Assembly (NCBI GenBank): GCA_964016885.1
Contig: OZ024745.1
Span: forward strand, 68,510,001-68,574,000
Origin: Eledone cirrhosa
Lineage: Eukaryota
Reading direction: 5' to 3'
DNA: 64,000 nucleotides
The notes beneath the pieces were generated by a model that ran no database searches, was not told the DNA's origin, and saw only the letters and a program-made list of their open reading frames with translations. The translations under genes were made by a program, and so were the position numbers. Positions 30,161 through 43,355 of this stretch are shown here, in pieces; the first letter of the stretch is position 1, and each line of letters begins with the position of its first letter.

Positions 30161-30706
30161 TTCTGGTTTTATAATTTCACAAATTTTTACCAATAGAGAG
30201 AGAGAGAGAGTCGGTTTCTAACATAGATACAAGATTCTCTCATTGGAATTTAGACAACATCAACTAGGATATGTATGCATGTCTGCATGCATGGATGTGT
30301 GTGCATGTATGGATTTTATTGTATGTGTGGATGTGTATGTTTTGAATTATATGCGTGCATGTGCTTTGTATGTGTAGATTCAGTTATTAGATGCAGAATT
30401 TTTGGAATGTTCCATTAATGGAGTGTACTTGTAATTTTCTAAGTAGTCGTGTTCTTTCTGTTTCTGTGAAGCCCAGTTTCTCAAGATTTGAACTGGGGTA
30501 GTTACTAACATATCCCAGTGCCCCAATAATCACAGGTATAAATCTGAAGGTATAGTCAGGGTGGAGTATCTGCAGATTTCTCATTAGTTCTGCATAGATA
30601 TTCTTCTTTTCGCTAATCTTTGATATTATATTGGCATTTGCTGGGCAGTTAACTTCCACTACAGTGCATGCCTTCTTTTCCCTGTCCCATATCATTATAT
30701 CTATTC
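30161..30706 (-). mobile_element. 5'-truncated copy of the same R4/Dong-like LINE (RLE end + 3' UTR)
   Basis: DIMIWDREKK...NIYAELMRNLQILHPDYTFRF is nearly identical to 24006-24340; same 3' UTR; (TATG)n on both sides. Confidence 0.92.
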
Positions 30707-32438
30707 TGTATGTATGTATGTATGTATGTATGTATGTATGTATGTATGTATGTATGTATGTATGTATGTATGTATGTATGTATGTATGTATGTATGTATA
30801 TTTTTGACCAGTTTGGCTCATTAGTCTGTAGCCATGCCGGGTCACCACTTTGACTTAGCTTGTCCTATGAACCCCATTCTTAATTCTTTCAAATCTATCA
30901 TTTATTTTATCAATCTCATCTATGTCAAACCGCTAAGTTACTAAGTAGCGAATTTATATATATTTAGTATATATGTATATCTATGTATGTTTTTTATGCC
31001 TTTACTATGTATAGCTAGACACAATGTGGGTCTGGACATAGAAATAAATAAACTATGTGTTTGTATGGTGAATCCAGACAATTAACTAATTGAAATATTT
31101 CTCTGGTCAGTTTAGAACTCTACAAGAGAATAATAATTGTTATGGACAAATGTTACATTCCTTGGAAATTAATTTTCTTTATTATCTTCTATTCTTTTTT
31201 TTCTTAAGCGCAAGGTTCCACAGGAATGGTGATTATCTCCATGGCAACCACACATCAGTAAAATTGGCAAAACAGCATGCCCAAGACCAGACTTCCTATA
31301 ACATACTTTAGCGCTGATAACATACATACTGACTGTGTCTGTCTATAAAGCTTATGTAAAAAAACTCATTAATGTATTGCTTATATATCTAGGATAGTGC
31401 TTCTACTATAGACGTGTTGGGCGTCCGTCAATTCTAGCGACGAGTGTTCAAGTTGTTTGATGAACGGAAAAGCCTGATTGTGAAATAAACATGCACGTCG
31501 GGCATTCCACAAACGCATGTTCACTTAACACAGTTTTCTGTGTAATTCAGCCTGATACAATGTATGATAAGTCTAAACATCTGAATTGCAGGTACAACTA
31601 TTTTAAAAGTTTATTTTGCGACTGAATAGTCTGGAGTAACGTGAAATAAAATATCTTGCTCAAGGGCACAAAGCAGCCCTGGAAATATTATATTCACAAA
31701 CATCCGCATCCAAACTAAAGTCTGAGAGTAGACTATGCATTAGAAAATGAAAGCTTAGTAATTTTCTCAGTGTCGTCAGAGCAAGACTAGCTTAGTCAGC
31801 TTTACCAAACTCTGAGTTGAAATTGTTTTATTTGGGAGAATGATGTGTATAACTGGTAGAAGGAGGTGTTCACATTTTAAAGCGAAATAATCAAGCACTT
31901 ATTCTGAAAACAGCGAAACACGGCTCTCTGTGTCTAGAAACGACTTTCTTTCAACTCTAACAACTCAGACACCTCTTGTTTTTAGAAAGATACAACAGGA
32001 ACAGGACAAGAAAATTGTTCTATTTTGGCCATCGAAGAAGAAATATATTGCTTACATCTAAAATTGGTATCTTTCTGAAAATAGGAAAGCCAGCTTTGTG
32101 TAGCACAAAACGATATCGGAAGAGTTTGTTGAACAGAATAAAAAGTAATTTTACAGAAATATTTATTATCAGCTTCAATATATAAAGGGTTCTTTTATCG
32201 AAAGGAAATCACATATTTGAGGAACGATGCATTTATTTAGTTATTTGTGTGTTTGTTTGTTTAGTGAGGTTATTTTTTAAAATAAAACATGTTTCTCAAT
32301 GGGAATCTTTGAAAAAGAAGCGCAACAACGAAAGAGAACAAAATTTCGACCCCACCCACTCTTTTTCTTCCTTCTCACTGTAATGTTTATATTTTTACAT
32401 AATCATCTTATGTTCTCAATATATATACGTGTGTGTGC

Positions 32439-32507
32439 GAGTGTGTGCGCGTAATATATGCATGCATATTGATGCATGAATATGCATGCATATATTACGC
32501 GCACACA

Positions 32508-32510
<3 letters not shown>
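32439..32510. repeat. 72-bp near-perfect palindrome
   Basis: GAGTGTGTGCGCGTAATATATGCATGCATATT-GATGCATG-AATATGCATGCATATATTACGCGCACACACTC. Confidence 0.9.
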
Positions 32511-32564
<54 letters not shown>

Positions 32565-32835
32565 ATGTATATGTGTGTGTAGTGTGTACGTATGTGTGTA
32601 CAGTTCTTATGCAATTCTGCTACGAAGCCAGTGAATTACTTCGTGTAATTCAATAACAGTTATGTCACTGGGATCGGTTGAAAATGTCTACCTGACCTTG
32701 TATAAATATTTCAAGATATTTTGAGAATAAAATACTTGAAATAGTTTATTGTTCGAACGGATATTAAAGGCAATGACATTTTTAGACAAGACAAGCTAAA
32801 GAATTACACGTTTTCTGAATGATTTAAAGCGAATA

Positions 32836-32929
<94 letters not shown>

Positions 32930-32980
32930 TAACTATATATACACACACACATAGGTACACACACATATATACATACATAC

Positions 32981-33038
<58 letters not shown>

Positions 33039-33161
33039 ATAATAATAAAATTGAAGACTAAAATCCAAAGAGGGCTCGATAAGGAAAATATATATCAAAT
33101 ATATAAGAAGATCCCGTTAAGGGTGAAAGCAGCGATTCTTTGCTTAAACTTTAATCTGTTA

Positions 33162-33217
<56 letters not shown>

Positions 33218-33327
33218 ATAGGATATCCTAACATACTCTGCTCTGTAAGAGCATAGAGTGCTCAACCGGCATACCGTCTATGTAAGCATCTTAGCTACCA
33301 TCAGACGCACACACACACACACACACA

Positions 33328-33375
<48 letters not shown>

Positions 33376-33448
33376 TTTTATTTCTCGCTTTAGGACAGCT
33401 GATACATAAAATTAAGTATGCATACGTACACGGACATATATTTACATC

Positions 33449-33483
<35 letters not shown>

Positions 33484-33486
<3 letters not shown>

Positions 33487-33633
33487 CAAGTAAGACCCCG
33501 ACGGCTGAGCGTCGAAACGGCTTGAGCTCAGCCGTCGGGGTCTTACTTGTTCCTATTACCCACTCTACTACCCTAAGTATTGAGTACTTTGGTGCGTTAT
33601 GGTCCACCTAGTTCCTTACCACATTTCCTTCGT

Positions 33634-33636
<3 letters not shown>
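33484..33636 (+). mobile_element. Family F1 element with a short inverted 5' arm
   Basis: Reverse complement of 8221-8345; contains GAAACGGCTTGAGCTCAGCCGTC-GGGG. Confidence 0.75.
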
Positions 33637-33719
<83 letters not shown>

Positions 33720-33802
33720 TGTATATATGTGCGTGTACGTATGCATACTTAATTTTATGTATCAGCTGTGCTACGGCGAGAAATAAAATTCATATATATA
33801 TA

Positions 33803-33955
33803 TAACGAAGGAATTGTGGTAAGGAACCAGATGGACCATAACGCACCAGAGTACTCAATACTTAGGGTAGTAGAGTGGGTAATAGGAAAAAGAATGACCC
33901 CGACGGCAGAGCTCAAGCCGTTACGACGGCTATTTCTGGACTCAGTCCTTTTTCC

Positions 33956-33956
<1 letters not shown>
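33803..33956 (-). mobile_element. Family F1 element
   Basis: TAACGAAGGAATTGTGGTAAGGAACCAG... matches 8221 onward. Confidence 0.75.
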
Positions 33957-34011
<55 letters not shown>

Positions 34012-34277
34012 GGAAAAAATGAAATTTCATTTCTCACTCTTAGTACGGCTGATACCTAAATATAAGTATGTATACATACATGCATATATGTATACAGACG
34101 TACAGTAGTATGTATACACATACATACATACATACATGCACACATAAATATATGTACGTATGGGTTTACCTAACATTTGTTATAATGCTCGCTTTGTTTG
34201 TAAATAAACAGTCCGAATTATTAGCCGTACCGTGTTCGGCAACCATCGATGCCATTTTGTTCAACACTGACAAAGGA

Positions 34278-34320
34278 ACGATGAACTAGTTTCTATCTTA
34301 TTAACTGTCATCAGCACCGT
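34278..34320 (-). ncRNA. Type I hammerhead ribozyme motif
   Basis: Minus strand ACGGTG-CTGATGA-CAGTTAATAAGATA-GAAA-CTAG-TT-CATCGT: 6-bp helix I (one G-U), intact core, palindromic helix III. Confidence 0.75.
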
Positions 34321-34876
34321 ATACCTTCCTGTCAGTAGATTGAACGTTTGAAAGTATATACTTTCCTTATGCATATTAACGGCTGAGCAGCCTAATCGTG
34401 TGAGTTAGTCGGCCGGGTATTATAATAAATGTTTGGTAAACCCATACGTACATATATATATGTGTGCATGTATGCATATACATACTACTTTACGTCTGTA
34501 TACATATATGTATGTACGTATACATACTTATATATATATATATAGTTTTGAACTTAAGTTCTCTTATCGAGTGGTCTTGAATTTCCTACCTATAGTTGCT
34601 CGCACATTGCTCGGTTTGTTTGTTTTTTTCGCTGTTTTGTTACTGTTTTCTCTTTTCTTCCCTTTGCTTTCCTTCCCTCCTTCTTCCGTTTTCCCAATAA
34701 CTTACCCAGTTATTGAACGCACTGGGCGGTAGATATCTTGTCTAAAGACAAGACCCCCAGTAGACATCCGATGAGGAAAACTCCCCCTCCCCGTCCTTGC
34801 TTTCTTCGTATTCCCACTGCATTTTAAGTTACCTAAAATAGCAACTACACAGCCATTTCTATTTTTCATATATATA

Positions 34877-35196
34877 TATATGATAAAGAACACAAGAGCG
34901 TCTACAACATCAAAATATTTTTATTGGCTTCTTACGTAACCGTAGGATTCGTCAGAGCTATAAAAGGGGTTTGATTGGTGTTATGGACTCTACCAACCAA
35001 ACATTCAAGAACAAAGAGTAAAGAGCTCTTTACTCTCTTTACTCTTTGTTCTTGAATGTTTGGTTGGTAGAGTCCATAACACCAATCAAACCCCTTTTAT
35101 AGCTCTGACGAATCCTACGGTTACGTAAGGAAGAAACATTGTAAGCCAATAAAAATCTTTTGATGTTGTAGACGCTCTTGTGTTCTTTATCATATA
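34877..35196. mobile_element. ~320-bp palindromic element with HHR
   Basis: TATATGATAAAGAACACAAGAGCGTCTACAAC... is mirrored to ...GTTCTTTATCATATA; centre near 35030. Confidence 0.8.
35102..35146 (+). ncRNA. Type I hammerhead ribozyme motif
   Basis: GCT-CTGACGA-ATCCTACG-GTTA-CGTAAGGAA-GAAA-CATTG-TA-AGC. Confidence 0.75.
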
Positions 35197-35358
35197 TACG
35201 GCTCTGCTCCAAAGCATAGAGCTAATTATTATGCTGCCAATACCTTAATGGGACACGGGTATACAATACCTAACTCCTATTAACCTAAGTATATATATAT
35301 ATATATATAAAATAAAGTTAAATAAAAGTCAAATGATTAAAATTTAGCTTCGTTTATT

Positions 35359-35413
35359 ACTGCTATATATATTTCAGTGACAGCCATCTTTGGCTGTGAC
35401 CTCTTCAGGCAGT
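35359..35413 (-). ncRNA. Type I hammerhead ribozyme (antisense copy)
   Basis: Reverse complement of 35644-35698. Confidence 0.8.
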
Positions 35414-35643
35414 TTGAATTAGTATGGTATAGACAAGTACATATGTTGTTTATGTATATGATATTGTCAATACTCTGATATGCCCAGTTCCTTGTTGGGT
35501 TGTTAATTCTCTGGGGAACTGGAGTCATATAACTCCAGTCCCCCAGTGAATTAACAACCCAACAAGGAACTGGGCATATCAGAGTATTGACAATATCATA
35601 TACATAAACAACATATGTACTTGTCTATACCATACTAATTCAA

Positions 35644-35698
35644 ACTGCCTGAAGAGGTCACAGCCAAAGATGGCTGTCACTGAAATATATATAGCAGT
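35644..35698 (+). ncRNA. Type I hammerhead ribozyme
   Basis: ACTGC-CTGAAGA-GGTC-ACAGCCA-AAGA-TGGCTGT-CACT-GAAA-TATATA-TA-GCAGT: 5-bp helix I, 7-bp helix II core, palindromic helix III. Confidence 0.85.
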
Positions 35699-35840
35699 AA
35701 TAAACGAAGCTAAATTTTAATCATTTGACTTTTATTTAACTTTATTTTACACTACTCCGGAGTAACCAAACCAATCTGCGCACTTCGTCGAGTGCTCCAG
35801 CCTGCATACTGAGGTGTTGGCATACAACCAACATAAACTC

Positions 35841-35918
<78 letters not shown>

Positions 35919-35930
35919 AGTGTATGTGTG

Positions 35931-35962
<32 letters not shown>

Positions 35963-36101
35963 CATATAAAATAAAATATGAATTTTTACTTGTTTACAAG
36001 TAAATTGTATTGCCATCTGTCATATACTATCCCCTCTCTTCTTCCTTTCTTACAACTAATATAAATACTTCAATTTTTCTGATTTTTTCCAATTTATACA
36101 A

Positions 36102-36219
36102 TATCTCTGAAGAAGTGACAACTGATTATACATTTGCTATCGAATACTTGCTAACATTATATGATTACGCAAGCAGCGATACATAGGTATTCCGTCTGTT
36201 ACAGAAACATATGTCAATA
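36102..36219 (+). ncRNA. Type I hammerhead motif with long helix II
   Basis: CTGAAGA-A-GTGACA...TGTTAC-A-GAAA-CATATG-TC; inner pairings TATCG/CGATA and CTTGC/GCAAG; GUC cleavage triplet; helix I imperfect. Confidence 0.65.
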
Positions 36220-36605
36220 CCTAATAAATTCCTTTATGAAAGCACTTTCATTTTATATTCATCTTTTCTATATATATATATATGAGTGTGTGTGTGTATA
36301 TATATACATATAAAATAAAATATGAATTTTATATATATATATGTGTGTGTGTGGATATATATATTGTGTTCATCTTAGATTGCATAATGGTCGCCATAGA
36401 AATAATTATAATGAATTAAAGCTTTATGTAATCATACTATCTTTTTAATGTTATTCTTACACACACAAACACACACACACACATATATATATATGTATAT
36501 ATACACAGTTCAAGAGTAACCAATCTTACATCAGCATAAAATATGTTGACAATCTTTTAATAATATCTTCCTTGTGAAACTTGTGGTCTGGCTTTGCTTA
36601 ACTAA

Positions 36606-36900
<295 letters not shown>

Positions 36901-37258
36901 CCCCCTCTCAATTTTTACTCCTTCGCAATGCAGGACTAATGTCGGATTCGTTGAGACACCATTTTTCATTTTCCCACAAGCGTGAAACTATTAAGACTTT
37001 GTGTAACTGTTTGGGTTGTTGTCTTATTTTTGAGAGAGAGAGATGGAGTGAGAGAGTTGGAATATTACTAGTTAAGATTAGTAAAACCATTGTTTAACTT
37101 TACTTGATGAAGTATTGTAGATATTGTTATGGGATGTGGAACCCGACAGTCAGTTTCGATGACCTGATTGGAATGTTCTATGTGGCGGCCATCGAGCGAA
37201 AGCGTCTAACTTTAAATATTGGACACCCTATCCTATAATATACTTATATAAATAGACA

Positions 37259-37396
37259 CAGGCATGAGTGTGTGGTTAGTGATCACTCGTAGTTCTTGGT
37301 TCACTCGGCACCTTTAGCAAGTACCTTCTACTATAGCCTTGGGTCATCCAATACCTTGTGAGTGCAATTTGGTAGACGGAAACTGCAGAAGACCGT

Positions 37397-37398
<2 letters not shown>
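37259..37398 (+). mobile_element. Second tRNA-derived SINE family (CORE-like)
   Basis: GTGTGGTT..GGTTCA..GGCACCTT..GCAAGT..CTTCTACTATAGCCTTGGG..CCTTGTGAGTG..TTTGGTAGACGGAAACTG; related copies ~38968-39112 and ~51969-52113. Confidence 0.55.
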
Positions 37399-37480
<82 letters not shown>

Positions 37481-39954
37481 TAGATAGAGAGATAGATAGA
37501 TAGATAGATAGACTGTACTTGGAATTAAAAGAGCCAGCCTAATGACACAAAGTGTCAAACTGAATCTCCCTGTTAGTTGTCTCGAGTGTACATGTGTCTG
37601 TGGAAGACTCAGCTAGTTGCATGCTAATTTTACTAGCAGGCTTTTCAGTTGATCGAACAACTGAATCACTCATCGTCAAAACCGACTGGGGTTCATCACT
37701 TCTATTTAAGCCTGTGAATTGACAGTCGTTAGGATATCGTGAAGATGATTTGTTGTATTTATTCCGACTCTCTGAGCTATGAGTTCAAATCTTAACGAGG
37801 TCAACTTTAGTTTTCATTCTTTCGTGGATTGGTAAAATTATAACTGGGTAGATATTTGTATATTTATATGCTGAATATGTTAAGGTTGTTTAGAGCGTCT
37901 GTTGCGTGAATTGACTGATTTTATTCTGGGATGAGTGAATATATTTTACTGTTTAGTCGAGGAGGACGAGCAGTAATCATAGTAATTTTCAGAACCTGTG
38001 AGATTAAAGATAGGGAGGAGGAGGCGAAGGAAGGTAATCTAAAACTGGAGACATGTCCTGAATACTTACTACGGGCTGTACCCCATTAGAATCCCCCATG
38101 GGCTGGTGGTATATATACACAGTTCAAGTAACAGATTCAGTGTATTAGTCAAGTTGGCCACGGTGGTATTTCAATTTAGCACGCAGAGCGCCGTAGCGAC
38201 TACCATAATTCATCTCCCCAGATGTTCTGGCAATTCCCCCAATCCACTAACTTAGGTTGGTACTTCATTTAATGGCCCCGAAAGGATTATAGGCAAATTT
38301 AAGCTCGGAAGTATTTGAGCTCAGAACATACAGAAATAAACAAATAGTAGATGCGTTCTAACGACTCTACCAAATCCTTTATGTCCTGTACTTTATGTAA
38401 TTCCATTGGACGATGTTTGTGATGTGTCAACTTTACTTTTCATCCTCTCGTGTTCGATAAATACAGCACCAGTGGATTGGTAAAATTATAACCAAATCCT
38501 TTGATAGGACCATTAAAGAGTAGGGCGGGTTGCGATGTGGTATCTGTTTCGGTTCACTAATTTCTGAATTCACATACGGCTCGTGAGACTGGAAAACTAG
38601 TGACGATTCTGACAGGTGTTGCAACCGACAGATAGTATCAGCAATGAAAATACCAGTGGAAACTGTTTCTTTCACCCAATTTGGAAAATCGGATTCTGGT
38701 CTTCTTTTTCATTCCTTTATTTCATATCGCTTTACGTTCTGAGTAAAATGTCCCAATGAAATAAATATTAGCGATACATTGTGATTGATTCAGTAGATTT
38801 CATTTCTCCCTGTGGAAACTAGCGTTGTGTCTAATAGTCAATGATAGTTTTATGGTAAACCTACAAGATTTCGTTTAGTCTTTCATTCCAATAATGTATT
38901 AATAGTGGCTGTTAACGACATCGGCTGGCGTTACTAATTCATTGAGTTCTAAATGAAAGATAGACGTAGACATAGTTGAGTGGTTGGACATCTAACTTGA
39001 CCGAGCTAGATCGTATTGCATAGCATCTTGGACAAGTGTTATCTACTATGGCTTCAAATCAACTCAAGCCTTATGAGTGAGACTGTGTAGACGAACATTA
39101 TTTGGAAGCCTGTTTGATGTATTGTAACTATAATTCAAAGAAATAGCCTTGTAATACATTATGTCATGCTGAATCTCCCTTATAATTACACATATTTGTC
39201 GAATACTCATCCATATGGCGAATATCCTTGATAATTATGTTATGGGTAGACGAATCTGTGGAATGTTCAGCCACTTACAGTATTGTCGAAGATGGACTGT
39301 ATACATAATTCAAAGGGCCAGCCTTGTCTTATATTGTCACGCTGACTCTCCTTTATAATTACATATATTCGTGGAATACACATCCATACAGCGAATCTCC
39401 CTGATAATTATATAATGGGTACAATGTGTCTGTAGAATACACTTTGTCACTAAGACTCGTCTTTTTAACTGACGAAGGTCGAAGGGCATTAAATATGTTG
39501 TACTCATTTTAGCTATGAAGCTGATTGTGTATGTTAGACTTCGTTTGAAACTTCAATAAAAGTGTGTAAGCTGGAACTATTGGTTACAAACAAGGAGAAA
39601 ATCATAGAATATCATACTGAACAAGATGGACATTTTGAAGCAAAAATTACTTTGTAATGAAGTTATATAAAATTTTATTGCTTTTTCATCGCTATATTGA
39701 GATATATATAGTTTGAAGTTGGTGAAGGCATTGATTTTGTAAATATGGTGTTACGCGGTGCCTGTATTCTGCTTGTATATGTTTGGCTCTTGAGGGAGAA
39801 ATGAAGTTAATTGTATTAATGCTTTAGAATGAATGTCTAGAAATTCTATTAAAAAAAAATATATTTAGCCCCACTAAAGTATAATGTATTATATACGTTT
39901 TTTATGTACGTTCGGAAACAACTTAGAAACTTTGATTTGTAGCATATTAACTAT

Positions 39955-40094
<140 letters not shown>

Positions 40095-40794
40095 CGTGCG
40101 TGTATGTGTGTATGTGTGTGTGTATGTGTGTAATAGTTGTTAGAATAATGCTAAAAAATGATGTCGAAATTTAGGGAGAGCAGAATCGTAATCTATGCTA
40201 TATGTCCGTTATAAACGGTTCCACATCACATAACTCTCTTACGAGATAATGGTCTTTAGAAACCACATGAACATCAGTCTCGCAATCCTCTCACTTCTTT
40301 TCTTCTTTCATATAAAGCTGACCGACCTAATTTCTCAATGCTGTATCCCATTGGTTATATATACAATTCTAAAATGGCGAAAGGAGCGGACTAGTGACAT
40401 ATGATGTCTGAATTTTGCCACGTGGCCTAATGGTCAGAGTGTTGGTCTCACCATCTTAAGGTCGCAAGTTTGTTTCCTGGAGCGGGCAACGAACTAACTT
40501 AGTTCACGTGGTCCACGGTGGATAGCATCATCAATAAAAAAAAAATAAAAAAACGACCGATGGAAACATTGCTTCGTTTGTCCGGTCTGACGGTCGGTTC
40601 ATTTATTATTTGGTGTACCAATAACCACTTTTAGTTTACAAGATATTGCAGTTTGGTAAAACTCATTATTTCAACATATTCATTTCATTTCATAGAAACA
40701 TTACATTCGTTTTGTTTTCTTTTTTCGCTATAAGCCTGGTGGATATATTACTTCCCTTCCCACAATTCATTATTCATTTGATATCAATGATTCT

Positions 40795-41465
40795 CCCCAC
40801 CACCAACACCTCCCCTGTCTCTATCCATTTCACCATCAACAACATAACCACCACAAACATCATCACCAACACCACCACAACAAAAGCCACCAACATCATC
40901 ACCAACATCACCACCAACACCACCTCCAACATCATCACCAACACCACCACAACAAAAGCCACCAACATCACCATCGCCACCACCAACACCACCAACAACA
41001 CCACCACAACAAAAGCCACCAACATCACCATCGCCACCACCAACACCACCACCAACACCACTGCCAACATGACCACCAACACCACCACCAACATCATCAC
41101 CAACACCACCACAACAAAAGCCACTAACGTCACCACCAACACCACCACCAACACCACCACAACAAAAGCCACCAACATACCCATCACCACCACCACCAAC
41201 ATCACCACCACCAACACCACCACAAACACCACCACCAACATCACCACCAACACCACACCACCACCAACACCGCCACCAACATCACCACCAACACCACCAC
41301 CAACGCCACCACCACCAACACCACCACCACCACCAACACCACCAACATCACCACCACCACCAACACCACCACCACCAACACCACCACCACCAACACCACC
41401 AACATCACCACCAACACCACCACCACCACCAACACCACCACAAAAGTTACCAACACCACCACCAA
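40795..41465. repeat. (ACC/AAC/ATC)n low-complexity array with ACCACAACAAAAGCCACCAACATC subrepeats
   Basis: Directly visible. Confidence 0.9.
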
Positions 41466-42250
41466 TATTAAAAAAAAAAAAAATAGGACAACATCATTAT
41501 GTTTGTAGTTTAATTGATTGTATTGTTATTAATATAACTACAGGCAGACTTTAGTGTTTTTAGTTTTAAGAATGTTCTAGCATCCATCATATAGCCACAA
41601 GATGAAGGGTTACTGTTAAATACAGCCTGTAATAAAAGGTGGTGGCGGCGGGGAGGTAATCGGCTACAAAGTAATAATTAAGTTAAGAAACGTTTTGAAA
41701 CATTTTCAATGACAAGAGTGTGAAGGAAAAAATGAAACAAAAGACTATGAGAAACCTGTAGAAACCTGCCTAGAGTAATAGAATGGTTGGATGAAATATC
41801 TGCAAATGAACTAAAACTGCCAAAAGGGCAGTGCATCTAATTATAGCTGAAAAAAACCCCCACATCTGGTATAAAATATGATCAAAATTACAACTATTCT
41901 GTTATCGACATAATGTGTTTGAACGGACTGAGGCGAGGATGTGAGAAGCAGAAATCTCACAGCAAATGTTTGTTTTTTTAGCAATTGTAGAAATAGAGAC
42001 AAAGTGTTGTTAATGTGATAGGAAATACATGCAGAAGTTTTGGTAGAAAGACTGTTGGACCTCTGTCGGTTTCGACGACGAGTGTTCCAGTTGTTTGATC
42101 AAGGGAAACAGTCTGCTCATTAAATTAACGTGAAAGTGGATGTGTATTCCGCAGTCATATATATCCTTAACGTAAGTTGTCAGGGAGGTAAAGCATGACG
42201 CAATGGTCGTTTGAATTACAGGTACAGTCTACCTTGTATTATATAGTAAG

Positions 42251-42434
42251 GGCGGTGAATTGGCAGTATCGGTAGAGGGTTGGACGTCATGCTTTCTAGC
42301 ATAGTTACGTCCCTTTATGGTCTGAGTTCAAATCCCGTCGAGGTTAACTTTACCTTTCATCCTTACGGGGTCGATAAAATAAAGTACCAGTAACGTACTG
42401 GGTAATTGCTGGCCTTGTGCCTAAAGTAGAAACA
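42251..42434 (+). mobile_element. Full-length Meta-like SINE with 13-bp TSD
   Basis: ATTATATAGTAAG at 42238-42250 and 42435-42447; A/B-box-like head. Confidence 0.9.
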
Positions 42435-42739
42435 ATTATATAGTAAGTGGTTGAGTATTCCACAGACATGAGTATTCTGAAAGAGAGTCAGAGTGGCACA
42501 ATGTGTGATAAAGCTGGCCCTTTGAATTACAGATATAACTTTTTTTTTTTCAGTTGGATAGATTGAGGCAAGGTGAAATAGAGTGTCTCGTTGGAATTCG
42601 AACTCACAACTTTACAATCGTGAGGTGTACACATTAACCATTAAGCCACACAACTTCATTGTAGAAAGAGTAATATGATTTAATTGCGAGACTTGATTTT
42701 CCTCATGCTGCTCGGCATTTCAGAATTCTAGATTCTGAA

Positions 42740-43070
42740 GAAAGAAACTGTTTGAGATATACGTAAAATGTAATCTTCATGGCTACATCCCCTCCTGCTG
42801 ACTAAAAGCAACCCCGCTTTAAGAAGTAGAACCGTATTATCATATAGTTTAGAACTGTATACGCAATATAACTGAATAGTTACTACGTTTACTTTGCCAT
42901 CATATGGTCCTCGGATCTCTCCCACTGCAGTTAGTTTCGCCGTGAGTATTTTAGTCTGTAATCATATCATCGGTACCTTAAACTCTGTGGTTGCTTCTGT
43001 GGTTGCTTGAATTTCATTGTCATTGCATTTTGTAAGCATTTTATTCATAATAGAGGCGAATCTTCGTGTA
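42740..43070 (-). mobile_element. Highly decayed RTE-like RT remnant
   Basis: YCVYSSKLY and ILRISQT resemble the RTE motifs CYV.S.LLY and ILRISWT. Confidence 0.4.
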
Positions 43071-43355
43071 AATGTAGTGGATGTGAAGGTACTCGACCTA
43101 GTGTTGGTGATATACCGTGTAACGTATTAAACCTACTACTTAAAATTAAGTCTATCAGTTATTAATGAAAGGTGCATTATAAAAAAGATCTGGCTACCAT
43201 TTCTAGCAGATCAAGCAACTACAAAGTGCTTCCTTCAATAGTTCATGGATCAGATAGTAGCTAGTTAACGTAGTTGTAGGGCTGGCGCTACCATAAAGCT
43301 AACTAAACAACCGCCTAATGCTCACACCTCAGAGATGCATTACTAAACCTTAGAG

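Larger units (their letters stand above)
35311..35746. mobile_element. ~435-bp near-perfect palindrome (inverted pLTR pair), family F2
   Basis: AATAAAGTTAAATAAAAGTCAAATG... mirrored to ...CATTTGACTTTTATTTAACTTTATT; centre ~35529; single-arm paralog at 50560-50880. Confidence 0.9.

Noticed and set aside
40646-41554. Mucin/extensin-like Thr/Pro-rich ORF
   Set aside because: Non-ATG start, entirely trinucleotide repeat, ends in poly-A; no supporting exon structure.
42732-42778. CTGAAGA-AA-GAAA minimal hammerhead-like core
   Set aside because: No convincing helix III, and it lies antisense within a decayed RTE remnant.
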